IMG/VR virus record: IMGVR_UViG_3300025735_000294
Span: 25,860 to 89,859 of that record
DNA from: a virus
Taxonomy: Duplodnaviria; Caudoviricetes
Direction: 5' to 3' (one strand)
Length of the DNA stretch: 64,000 bases
Positions 45,013 through 53,884 of the stretch are shown here, piece by piece. The notes under the pieces are model-generated. The model did no database searches and had not been told where the DNA came from. It worked only from the letters and a program-made list of their open reading frames with translations. The translations under genes and the position numbers were made by a program. Position 1 is the stretch's first letter, and each line of letters starts with the position of its first letter.

Positions 45013-45926
45013 GCTGTTACCTCAATTTCATCCATAAATTCATCTTCCAGTTCTTCGACGTTCTGGAACGGTTCGCACGATGAAGTACAACCATCGCCGT
45101 CGTCAGGGTGTGTTTTGGTAAGATAGATAAGACGCTGCCGGTCTTCTAATTTGGCGGCGGCCATCATCTGATCCGTGGTACGCTTCTTGCGCCACCAGGT
45201 GTGTCCATCTACGGCTTTAACAAGCCCGTAGCGGGTTTCCATATCGCGGTTCCAGCTGAACCACTCCGGATGCTCATGAGCGATAAGGAAGAGCTTTGCA
45301 TCGCTCTTCTTAAAGCAGGTGAGGCAGTTGCCATAGTGCGGCGGGATGTTCAGCTTGAATGGCATTGCATCCCAGAATTCGTTAACGTCCTGCTTATCGA
45401 AACTGCCCCAATGACACAACGGGTAGACCAGGTTGAAGCGTTTCGTCGACGCTTTATCCAAACCCGCTCGCTCCGGTTCATCTGCACGCATGCCTAAGGC
45501 GGTTTTCGCACTCCATCCACGTCGGGCCAGGCCGTTATCTCTCATCCAACACCGAATCGTTTGAGTCTTCAGGTAATCGCTGCACTTCTGCCGCGACATG
45601 TTGGGGATTCCCTCAACACTGACGAATTGCTCAAAGGGTTCGGAATTGCGAGAGGCGGTTTCAAAATTTACGATCCGATACCGCATCCCTACTCCATGCT
45701 TAGGGCTGGTTACACCCTCAAGCCAAACCAAATTAAGACCAAAAAGCTTGTCCACCTTGTCGACGAAAATTAACGTTTCTTCGTGCTCTCTCCCGGTATT
45801 GGCAAAGACAAAATGGAGCTCGAACGTTTCTGCATAGTTCTGGAGCAGGAAGTCACACATAAACGCTGACGATTGGCCGCCAGAAAAACTCACTACTAAG
45901 GGTTCTCTACTACTAAGCACTTCCAA
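45009..45926 (-). CDS. PAPS reductase-family (PP-loop) protein with a Cys cluster
   Basis: VVSFSGG.SS, FANTG.EH.ET, C...LK, G.RADE..R, GNC..CF.KS, C..SC. Confidence 0.85.
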   Translation of the reverse strand: MEVLSSREPLVVSFSGGQSSAFMCDFLLQNYAETFELHFVFANTGREHEETLIFVDKVDKLFGLNLVWLEGVTSPKHGVGMRYRIVNFETASRNSEPFEQFVSVEGIPNMSRQKCSDYLKTQTIRCWMRDNGLARRGWSAKTALGMRADEPERAGLDKASTKRFNLVYPLCHWGSFDKQDVNEFWDAMPFKLNIPPHYGNCLTCFKKSDAKLFLIAHEHPEWFSWNRDMETRYGLVKAVDGHTWWRKKRTTDQMMAAAKLEDRQRLIYLTKTHPDDGDGCTSSCEPFQNVEELEDEFMDEIEVTA

Positions 45927-45991
45927 CCTTCTTACATACGCATTGCTGCATAAAATAGGCCACCAACACGCAGCTGGTGGCTATGAAGCAC

Positions 45992-46180
45992 TTAAACTGA
46001 ATGCTCAGTGCTTTTCTTAAACTCTTCATCGGTCTGGCCGTATGCAGAGCAAATGAGACTGCATGCATGAATGACGGCATTCATCCGGCTATCTGCAGGG
46101 ATGCCTGGGTGCTGCTTTGCCAGGGCCTGGCTAACATCTGCAACCAGCTTTAGTTGATCGATTTGATATGACTGGCTCAT
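45992..46180 (-). CDS. Hypothetical protein
   Basis: 62 aa, translationally coupled within the operon. Confidence 0.55.
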   Translation of the reverse strand: MSQSYQIDQLKLVADVSQALAKQHPGIPADSRMNAVIHACSLICSAYGQTDEEFKKSTEHSV

Positions 46181-46482
46181 ATGTCTTCATCAACGAACAG
46201 GGTGGTATCGTCAGGAACAGTGAGTGTGAGAATCGGGCTATAACCATTCTCGCAGGTGGAGAAAGATGAGGCCCAAGCTGGTATTGCGCGATCCTCTTCA
46301 GCTGGCGCCACACCCAATGCCCAGGTGCCGTCGTTCAGGTATGTCCCAACTACCTTTAGCTCACCCTCAGCTGACTTGAGGTGAAAATAGCTCGGTTGGT
46401 TTAAACAACTAATCTCTTCACATATGGCACCTCTACACTCCAGGAGATCGTCACTGGCACCGTAAAAATTCAGTTCTTTCAT
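46177..46482 (-). CDS. Hypothetical phage protein
   Basis: FYGASDDL.E..G.I.EE motif; coupled within the operon. Confidence 0.7.
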   Translation of the reverse strand: MKELNFYGASDDLLECRGAICEEISCLNQPSYFHLKSAEGELKVVGTYLNDGTWALGVAPAEEDRAIPAWASSFSTCENGYSPILTLTVPDDTTLFVDEDI

Positions 46483-47321
46483 GCTTTCTTTTCCTTGAGT
46501 TTTGTTACTGCTGCCTCATTCATCCAGAGGCATTCCATTCGTTTACCCACGCCACGACCGGCACTAATCCGCGCCTCTTTTTCCGACTTCACCCACCCCT
46601 TCAGGATGTCGTTATAGAGCTCACTGTCATAGCCGCTAATCATCACCATCCCTTCCAACGTCCGACTAACAGCAAGTAGTTGCTCATGACCTTCTACAGT
46701 CATTTCATGCTGGTAATAGCGATTGCCTTGTACTCGCGTCTCAGGAAGGTATGGGGGATCTAAATAAAACAACGTGGTACTGGCGTCATGCGCACGCATC
46801 ACCGGCACCGCGTCTTTGTTTTCCAAGATCACACCCTGAAAGCGCTGGCAAACTGTGGCCAGATTTGAGGGGTAATTCAGCCATAGGTGCGCTGGTGTGG
46901 CATATTCACGTTTGCTATCGCAACGAAATCCGGATTTGCCGTTTACACCGGCAGCACTTCCAAATCCCATGCATGCGCGAACCACCATTCTCCGGGCACG
47001 CTCTACCGGCTCATCTGATGGCTCTTTCGATGAACAGAATTCATCTCGGGAATAAGGCGTTAAAGCGCAGGCATCCTGAAGTTTCTGGTTAAGCGAAGGG
47101 TCACGCATCACCCGGAAAAGATTTACAACTTCGCCATCTAGATCGTTGTAAACCTCCGCATAGCTGCGAGGTTTTCGCAGTAATACGCTGGCCGCACCGC
47201 CAAAAGGCTCGACGTAGCAGCGGTGTTCGGGCATATGCTCAATAATCCATGGCGCCAGTCGAAATTTGCCACCGTGATAACGGATTACCGGATGTTTGAT
47301 TACTGGCTGCTCCACGGTCAC
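46479..47321 (-). CDS. Dam-family DNA adenine methyltransferase
   Basis: RYHGGK, YVEPFGG, YNDLD, FYLDPPY; GATC specificity cannot be confirmed from the sequence. Confidence 0.92.
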   Translation of the reverse strand: MTVEQPVIKHPVIRYHGGKFRLAPWIIEHMPEHRCYVEPFGGAASVLLRKPRSYAEVYNDLDGEVVNLFRVMRDPSLNQKLQDACALTPYSRDEFCSSKEPSDEPVERARRMVVRACMGFGSAAGVNGKSGFRCDSKREYATPAHLWLNYPSNLATVCQRFQGVILENKDAVPVMRAHDASTTLFYLDPPYLPETRVQGNRYYQHEMTVEGHEQLLAVSRTLEGMVMISGYDSELYNDILKGWVKSEKEARISAGRGVGKRMECLWMNEAAVTKLKEKKA

Positions 47322-47992
47322 TTGAGATCACCTACACGGCACGCAAGGAACGTATCAGCTGCGCGGTGTGCCAGTTTTTGAGTGTCGTACTTCTGGATAC
47401 CCCAGACGATGGCGTAGCATGCCCAGAGGAAGTGATGGGACCAGGATTTAAAGTCGTCCTCCCACAGGTCGCAGAGAATGCCTTCTTCATCAACAGCGTT
47501 CGCGTAGGCGGCGTTGGCCTCATACTCGTAACCGCTGGCGTTTTTGAGATCGGTAATCGTATCCATGACGCTTTCCAGCTTCACGGAATACGCATCCTCA
47601 TCTTCATAATCTTCAGGCTTGTTGCTTTCCTTCCATGCCTCAAGGCGTTCATCCAGGGTCCGGCAAAAAAGCTGCTCATCCCATGTACGAGCAATCGCAC
47701 CGCGTGGACACCCGGTTCCGGCTTCCAGCTTTTCAGACCAATACGCAGGGTTGATGCTGCCGTGTTCGCCACGGAAGAAACTGAACATGTCGCGAATACG
47801 GCTGAAGGTCCAGGTGCCCATATCGCCAGTCATGCAGAGATAACCAGGCCATGAAACCAGGTCAAAGTAGTAACACGAGTTATTAGGCTTACTGAGACGG
47901 ATATGACGATATTCCCCATCGTCTTTGATGATGGTCAGCTGGTGCTCGCTCACTTCACGTTCGAAGTGCTGGAATACTTGCGATCTGCTCAC
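47318..47992 (-). CDS. Conserved hypothetical phage protein
   Basis: FDLV.WPG.LC.TGDMG.W.FSR..DMF.FFR, IN..YWSEK. Confidence 0.75.
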   Translation of the reverse strand: MSRSQVFQHFEREVSEHQLTIIKDDGEYRHIRLSKPNNSCYYFDLVSWPGYLCMTGDMGTWTFSRIRDMFSFFRGEHGSINPAYWSEKLEAGTGCPRGAIARTWDEQLFCRTLDERLEAWKESNKPEDYEDEDAYSVKLESVMDTITDLKNASGYEYEANAAYANAVDEEGILCDLWEDDFKSWSHHFLWACYAIVWGIQKYDTQKLAHRAADTFLACRVGDLK

Positions 47993-48588
47993 GCTAACTC
48001 CTTCTCTTTCTCACGATACGGAGCGCGGTAAGCTTCCCAAGCGCCCTTGTCTTTGTTGGAGATAGAGATAAATTCACTGCCTGCCACCCAGCGAGCAACC
48101 TCAATGCCACCAGGGAAATTGAAGTACACCGACACCTTATCGTTGATATCGACATGAGCTTTGAAATTGGTGCAGTGTTCGAACTTAGCGCGAGCCTGCC
48201 CTTCTGCTTCATGGCGAATGCCGCGTTCGCGCTCAAGCTTGGCTTTGTGATCGAATTCGATATTCATGCGCCAGGCGTGACATTCCTCTGAGCAAAATAC
48301 GGCTTCGTCTTCCCACACGCGGCTTTCGTCATCCGTCGTGACCGTGTTGTTGCAGTAGGAACACTCGAAATGCCAGTTGTGATCTTCCAGCAGCACCTTG
48401 TTAGGCACCTTGCCCTGGTGTGCGTACTCATCGAATTCTTTTGCGCGGCGGCAAGTGACTTGATCAACTGCTACGCCTAACTCATTGCACCCTTCGCGCT
48501 TTGCTTCGGCATTCGTTTTAGCGAAGATAATTCGCCCGTACTCATTACCCTGGACGTTGAAAGCCTTCAGTCCATTAATGCTGATCAT
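47989..48588 (-). CDS. Hypothetical protein with Cys motifs
   Basis: W.FECSYC and FCSEEC; coupled within the operon. Confidence 0.7.
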   Translation of the reverse strand: MISINGLKAFNVQGNEYGRIIFAKTNAEAKREGCNELGVAVDQVTCRRAKEFDEYAHQGKVPNKVLLEDHNWHFECSYCNNTVTTDDESRVWEDEAVFCSEECHAWRMNIEFDHKAKLERERGIRHEAEGQARAKFEHCTNFKAHVDINDKVSVYFNFPGGIEVARWVAGSEFISISNKDKGAWEAYRAPYREKEKELA

Positions 48589-48844
48589 TACTCTTTCTCC
48601 GGTATAAATGGTCGTACACAAATTCGTGCCCAGCCTTAGTGGGCTGCTCTTTGACAGGGGTAAGAAGTCCCAATTTGATAGCAATGGCGGTAACGGTGTA
48701 ACCGCAGCTGTAGCCTGCGGCGATTTGCACGACCGTTTCAGTTAACAGAGCGCGATAGTCGTCCCTCTCAAAATCGGTTCCGGCGAACGCTTTCTCTATG
48801 ACGCTATCTGTCAAATGTTTTACTGATACGGTCATGCTGCTCAT
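48575..48844 (-). CDS. Hypothetical protein
   Basis: 89 aa; FAGTDF..G.S.G.T...I...LGLL pattern. Confidence 0.65.
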   Translation of the reverse strand: MSSMTVSVKHLTDSVIEKAFAGTDFERDDYRALLTETVVQIAAGYSCGYTVTAIAIKLGLLTPVKEQPTKAGHEFVYDHLYRRKSNDQH

Positions 48845-49095
48845 CCGCGAACTCCCGCATTGGTTCTAATCCATCCACCTCTCGTAAAACGGATAAGACC
48901 CGCCTTACGAAGGGCCTGAAGACGACGATCGCAAAACCGAAACGGCTCAACATTTTTGTGCTTTGATTGAAGGCGCTCGCACTCGGATTTAAGCTCCCCG
49001 CCATAAATGGAGACGAACTTTGTCGGTACGGCGCACGCCGTGATGCGTTTAAGGATCAACTCGTCAAGCGTGCTGTAGTCTTCCCTGCGATTCAC
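48841..49095 (-). CDS. Small winged-helix-like protein
   Basis: R..DRRLQALRKAGLI.F..GW motif. Confidence 0.65.
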   Translation of the reverse strand: MNRREDYSTLDELILKRITACAVPTKFVSIYGGELKSECERLQSKHKNVEPFRFCDRRLQALRKAGLIRFTRGGWIRTNAGVRG

Positions 49096-49430
49096 TCTTT
49101 CCCTCCTGACTGGCTCACCGTCACTGAACCTGGTACAGAAAAATCCGTTGAGTCAAAAACGGTGCTTATGGCACGTAAAAACTTAACGGCTTCCAGTGTT
49201 GGCATAGGTTTATAGTCGGCTGTTGTTTCAAAACTTTTTGTGTGGTGGTTGTAGAGAATTCCGGGCATCTCCTCATGAAGCAGTGTCATATCACGAGATA
49301 CGCTGGCCTGGGTTACACCAAAAGTTTCTTTGGAATACCGGTAGTTGTAGATCCCGTGAATGGATAAAACTGCATCAACAAACTTAAGGCGTATGTCTCG
49401 AATCAAGACGTTAGGTTTGCTGTTTGTCAT
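49092..49430 (-). CDS. Stand-alone CapW/BrxR-like winged-helix DNA-binding domain
   Basis: RLKFVD...G.YN....FGVTQASVSRD...Y...K.F....Y.P pattern; 112 aa, so no WYL domain; GGAG RBS. Confidence 0.6.
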   Translation of the reverse strand: MTNSKPNVLIRDIRLKFVDAVLSIHGIYNYRYSKETFGVTQASVSRDMTLLHEEMPGILYNHHTKSFETTADYKPMPTLEAVKFLRAISTVFDSTDFSVPGSVTVSQSGGKE

Positions 49431-49676
49431 GGTTCTCTTCTCCAAAGGTAGGGATGACGAGCAACGCTCATTTATCTTCATTGTGGTAGCTGGAAAGCAG
49501 CTTCTCTGTAGCACTCACAGAATCTTTCACCCCAGATGAACCCGTTCAAAACACCACCGGCACATCGATGACGAAGTGATGCTATCAAATAAAACATTAA
49601 TGCGTTAGATTTGAGAACACGTTTTCTAACATAATTCATTAGATTGTTGATCTAGGTAAAATTCAGGGACTGATTT

Positions 49677-50288
49677 GTGGGAAATTTGAAGGAAACCGCA
49701 AGGGATCGCGCACTTGAGCGCCAGCGTGCAAAACTCGCTGATCCGGCATGGCGGGCTGAACAATACGAAAAGAAAAGACAGAGCGCTTTACGCTCACAAA
49801 CCCGGCTAAAAGCGAAACAGGCCACGCCTGAGTACAAAGCGACTCAGCGAGAGAAACAGTTAGCCTGTATTGAGCGTAGTCGTAAGAAGAACGCCGAAAA
49901 ACCTCGGAAATCGACCAGAGGTCTGAAAGGAAGAACCCCAACTGCAGACGAAAAGAAAATCATGGATGCACTGGGGAAACTTCCCTGCATTGCGTGCTGG
50001 GTTCACGGCGAGATCCAGCCGGTAATCAGCCTCCATCACATCGATGGCCGCACCGCTCCTGATGCGCATAAACGACAACTACCGCTGTGCTGCTGGCACC
50101 ACCAAATAGCGGCACCAACGGAAATCAGAAAGGCTTATCCGTGGTTAGTGCCAGTGCATGCTGATGGGAAGATCGGGGGGAGAGCAGAGTTTGAAAAAAT
50201 GAATGATACCGAAGAAAATCTTTTAAAACAGGCATATGGTTTAATTTCAGATACGAAATCTAAACATTTTATTGATCTTATGAACTAA
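49677..50288 (+). CDS. ref: Ref, RecA-dependent nuclease
   Basis: RGLKGRTPTA, LPCIAC..HG....SLHHI.GRTAP, QLPLC.WHHQ.AAP, YPWLVPVHADG. Confidence 0.95.
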   Translation: MGNLKETARDRALERQRAKLADPAWRAEQYEKKRQSALRSQTRLKAKQATPEYKATQREKQLACIERSRKKNAEKPRKSTRGLKGRTPTADEKKIMDALGKLPCIACWVHGEIQPVISLHHIDGRTAPDAHKRQLPLCCWHHQIAAPTEIRKAYPWLVPVHADGKIGGRAEFEKMNDTEENLLKQAYGLISDTKSKHFIDLMN

Positions 50289-50375
50289 CTTGTTTTATAT
50301 TCATTTCGTGGCAGCAATGCCACCGGGCGTGGAACCCCGAAAAAGTGAATAGCAGTAAAGCAGTGTCACATCACA

Positions 50376-50458
50376 ATGGTGGCACTAACAGAGAGGCTTA
50401 GCGGCCCATCGGTGATTCACGATTTCCGAAGTTCCAGCTCTGTTAGTGCCGCCGCCAT
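50376..50458 (+). ncRNA. C4/CI-type antisense RNA hairpin of the immI-like region
   Basis: The long stem GGTGGCACTAACAGAG/CTCTGTTAGTGCCGCC encloses TTCC(A/G) motifs complementary to the GGGCGTGGAA(C/A)CCCG sites at ~50326 and ~50720. Confidence 0.55.
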
Positions 50459-50495
50459 CTTTTCCAGGCGGCTCCAGCAAAACACGGAGTGACGA

Positions 50496-50666
50496 ATGGA
50501 CGTAAAGTACCTCAACACCAAGATATCTAATACCACAGGCGGTTGCTACGACTGGTCGGTACAGTTCGGAAATAAGAAGTTTACCGGTGCTCTCGATGAA
50601 GCAAAACGCTGGTTCATGACCCAAACCTGTCTGAAAGTCGAAAGAAGAAAGAAAAAAACTACTTGA
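50496..50666 (+). CDS. Small hypothetical protein, 56 aa, missing from the ORF track
   Basis: MDVKYLNTKI...YDWSVQFGNKKFTGALDEAKRWF...; GGAG RBS. Confidence 0.55.
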   Translation: MDVKYLNTKISNTTGGCYDWSVQFGNKKFTGALDEAKRWFMTQTCLKVERRKKKTT

Positions 50667-50963
50667 ATCTAACTGTCTGTAGCGTTTATGATTTTTTTAC
50701 CGTAGCAAATTCTACGGACGGGCGTGGAAACCCGGATTAAGCAAAAGGCGACACAGACGCCATAGCGTCTTTTTTTGTGTCCTTCACTATGCACACCCAT
50801 ATTCGGTAATACGTATAGAATCTATGGTGACGCTGGTGGGGCCGACTTCGGTCGGGCCGGTACCCTTTTGCGCCGGTATTTCCACCCCCATCAGCGTCAC
50901 CGCCATATTGAGCGTGGAAACTCAGGCGGTGGCCCTTCTAAAGCAAAAGAAAGGATGCCACCA

Positions 50964-51167
50964 ATGGCTACTGTCACTACCCCAACTCACCCAGAATTCA
51001 TCTGGCGCTTTTATTCTTGCCAGAAACGCCGTTATCACCTGGTCATTGCTCAGACCGAATCTGAAGCCCGTTCACAGCTACCGGATGCACCTTGCATCTT
51101 CTCGTCCCGCTTTTCTACTGAACGTCCTCCTGTGAACTACTGGCTCACCCAGGGGGCTACAGCATGA
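50964..51167 (+). CDS. icd: Icd-like host cell division inhibitor
   Basis: ATVTTPTHPEFIWRF and IA.TE.EAR..L....IFS.R; preceded by an Ash-type leader (50824 ORF, GISTP motif). Confidence 0.8.
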   Translation: MATVTTPTHPEFIWRFYSCQKRRYHLVIAQTESEARSQLPDAPCIFSSRFSTERPPVNYWLTQGATA

Positions 51168-51412
51168 TTGATCTCAACAATCCTCAGGTAATTTCACCAG
51201 GGCACACCCTTTTCTCAGCCTTCATCATTGTTGTTGACCGTGACGCGGTGATGCGCCGTGCCGGTTGGCCGGAAAACATCTTCATCTGGTGCGAATTCAA
51301 CGATCGCGACTATGCCGAATTGTTCCTCGTAAAGGATATGGCTATCAGCATCTTTGAACCTGCTCCGGACGATTACAACGAAGACGACTGGATCGTTATT
51401 TCAGCGGAGTAA
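51164..51412 (+). CDS. Acidic hypothetical protein between icd and repL
   Basis: 82 aa, overlapping the icd stop. Confidence 0.6.
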   Translation: MIDLNNPQVISPGHTLFSAFIIVVDRDAVMRRAGWPENIFIWCEFNDRDYAELFLVKDMAISIFEPAPDDYNEDDWIVISAE

Positions 51413-51470
51413 TGGACGTGCCCCTGGCACTTGTCAGGGGCTTTCGCACGTTTGAAGATCGGGTTTATCA

Positions 51471-52286
51471 ATGAGCAAAGTTAACAAACCAGCGGCCTTT
51501 AATGGCTTCGAGCTGGCGTTTGTCGTCGGGCATTCCGGCCTTTCACGAAGTTCTGGCCACATCCTGGCGCAGTGCGCAAATCTGGCCGCCTGTACCAGCG
51601 AATACTTCATTCACAAATCGCATCGGGTGATCGCCGAGGAAACCGGGTATAGCGTTTCGACAGTTGTAAGGGCCTTCAGGGAAGCGGTAAGCCGCGGGCT
51701 ATTGAGTTGCACGGTCATCGTTGATGAGCGTAGCAACGCGCGTAAGGCGAACCTGTACCGGTTTACGCCTGGCTATCTGGCGTTCGTTGGCCGGGTTAAA
51801 TCCAAACTGCTCGATGCCGGACTTAAGATCACCTCTGCGATTCGAAAGGTGAAGCAGCTGGTGGATCAGGTATTGGCCCTTTCGCCCCCCTGTCAAAGTG
51901 ATAAGCCCTCCCCCAGTCAAAATGACAGAGCTAAGAATAAGAGAACCTCTTCAAGAAAAACAAAAGGAGATCATTCCGGTAAACCGGAAGCGCCCAACAC
52001 AGTGATGAGCAATACACAGCTGGCGCAAAACGTCGCAGCAGCAAAAGCGGCAGCGGCAAATGCCAGAGCCGAAAGCGCGAAGCAGGATCGCCACCAGCAG
52101 CATGAAGCCATAGAGCGCCAGGCGCGAAAGTATGCGTATCTGAAAAACAGGAAGGATTCAGATTTGCCAGGCAGCAGCGATTACAGCGACGAACCGCGCA
52201 CTGGGCGACTTAGTGATGCCCTGGCCGCCGTATTCAAGAAATTGCCGCAAAAGCAGTACACGGTGCCGAAGGGGTTTAGAGGTTAA
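51471..52286 (+). CDS. repL: Lytic replication initiator RepL (oriL expected inside the gene)
   Basis: Close to P1 RepL: GLSRS.GHIL.QCANLAA.TSEYFIHK.HR, STVVRAFREAV, RKYAYLKN, P.GFRG. Confidence 0.93.
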   Translation: MSKVNKPAAFNGFELAFVVGHSGLSRSSGHILAQCANLAACTSEYFIHKSHRVIAEETGYSVSTVVRAFREAVSRGLLSCTVIVDERSNARKANLYRFTPGYLAFVGRVKSKLLDAGLKITSAIRKVKQLVDQVLALSPPCQSDKPSPSQNDRAKNKRTSSRKTKGDHSGKPEAPNTVMSNTQLAQNVAAAKAAAANARAESAKQDRHQQHEAIERQARKYAYLKNRKDSDLPGSSDYSDEPRTGRLSDALAAVFKKLPQKQYTVPKGFRG

Positions 52287-52294
52287 TGACCAAC

Positions 52295-52420
52295 CAGGAA
52301 CGCCACCAACAACGTGATGGCATAGAGCGCCAGGCGCGTAAATACGCCTACCTGACACACAGGAGGGATAATGATTTGCCGGGATCAGGGACTTCAGTGA
52401 TGAGCCGCGCACCGGGCTGT
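52295..52420 (+). pseudogene. Degenerate duplicate of the repL 3' segment
   Basis: CAGGAACGCCACCAACAAC...CATAGAGCGCCAGGCGCG...GAGCCGCGCACCGGGC parallels 52083-52210, with a frameshift. Confidence 0.7.
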
Positions 52421-52612
52421 TCATGTATGCGTTGAATGCATTAAATAGATGGGTTGGTTATTAAATGAAAGTTAAACGAAATCAGCTAAGTAGGTTATTC
52501 AAATTGGGTAGCTGATACATGTCAATTTTGGTTAAGTCGCTTAATGATATAAGCCCATCGCCATCAGGAATGCTGGCGTTTCAACTTAATCAAAACAAAG
52601 GAAAAATTGCAC

Positions 52613-52972
52613 ATGGCAGTAAAAGTTATGATGGAAAACCCTCGCACTGGCGAACGTACTAACGGTTTTTACGGGTTCTCATGGACCACGTTGTTCTTTG
52701 GTGCTTTCCCTGCGCTGTTTCGTAAGGATTTCATCACATTCATTGGTGTCTTCATTGTGCTGATCATTCTGGCCATCTTCACCGTGGGGATTGGTTCCAG
52801 TATTGGTATGATCGCCTGGGCGTTCATGTACAACAAATACTACACAACGAACCTTATCAAAAAAGGTTTTGCCTTTGCTGGCACAAACACTGAGAACGAA
52901 CTGGCTGCGGGTCGCCTGGGTCTCAGGCTAAATGCTGATAACTGCGTTACATTCAAAGAATCTCAGGCATAA
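52613..52972 (+). CDS. Membrane protein, HrgC/DUF2628-like
   Basis: G..GFSWTTLFFG.FPALFR.DF and F.YNK.Y...L...GF motifs; two TM helices. Confidence 0.7.
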   Translation: MAVKVMMENPRTGERTNGFYGFSWTTLFFGAFPALFRKDFITFIGVFIVLIILAIFTVGIGSSIGMIAWAFMYNKYYTTNLIKKGFAFAGTNTENELAAGRLGLRLNADNCVTFKESQA

Positions 52973-53160
52973 ACCTGCGAACATAGATTTCAAAGCGCCT
53001 GCAGGGCGCTTTTTCTGCAATGAGCCGCGTACTGTACTGATGAAGGGCGAGATCGATGTCCTTAAGTTAAGGCGGTCGCAAATTTAGCTAATTTGTAACC
53101 ATCTTTGAAAGCTTATGGTATTGTTAATCAAAACGAAAACTACCCCGGCATGGATTACCT

Positions 53161-53859
53161 ATGAAACAAGAGCTTGAAACCATTTTGCCTGAATTTGGTG
53201 AGGCAATTAGCCCGCACGTTTATAGCTATGTAACAGCTAATAAACACGCAACAGCCAAACACGTTTTGTTCATGGCCGGATCGCCAGCGGCAGGTAAAAC
53301 CGAGCTCTTAAATCGCCTTATTGAACAAAACAATATTCAAAATATTGTTCGAATTGATGCTGATGATTTTCGTTGGTGGTTTCCATACTACAATGAGGAA
53401 AACTCAGTTGAATACCAGAAGCCAGCGTCAAGGATGGTTGATTTCATCTATAAAAAAGCGCTCTCTGAAGGCTATCCAATTGTCATGGACTCCACTTTTG
53501 CCAGCATAGGTATCGCCGAGAAAAACTTTGATCTTGCCCTCAAAGCCGGGTATCAGGTTATGCTGAATTATGTGTATTTTGATCCAGCTTATGCATGGAT
53601 TTTTGCACAGGCTCGCTCACGAAAGGTTCCTTTAGATATCCTCAAGGCTAACTTCTTCAAGAGCAGAGCAACTATTGAACACATGCTTGCGAAGTATGAA
53701 GGGCAATTTACACTAAATGTTTATCATCGACGGGAAGATCCTGAAAATGATGGTCAGTTCGTTGTCGACTACACTCCGAACGTGACCCTTGCTACCTGGA
53801 CGACCTCCCATCAATGCCCATATTCAGACGTTAGCGATCTAGCGCATTTAGGTGTATAA
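53161..53859 (+). CDS. Zeta toxin-family P-loop kinase
   Basis: FMAGSPAAGKTE Walker A, RIDADDFR, IVMDSTF. Confidence 0.8.
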   Translation: MKQELETILPEFGEAISPHVYSYVTANKHATAKHVLFMAGSPAAGKTELLNRLIEQNNIQNIVRIDADDFRWWFPYYNEENSVEYQKPASRMVDFIYKKALSEGYPIVMDSTFASIGIAEKNFDLALKAGYQVMLNYVYFDPAYAWIFAQARSRKVPLDILKANFFKSRATIEHMLAKYEGQFTLNVYHRREDPENDGQFVVDYTPNVTLATWTTSHQCPYSDVSDLAHLGV

Positions 53860-53884
53860 TAAGTGTCCGATTTAAGGAGTGCAT

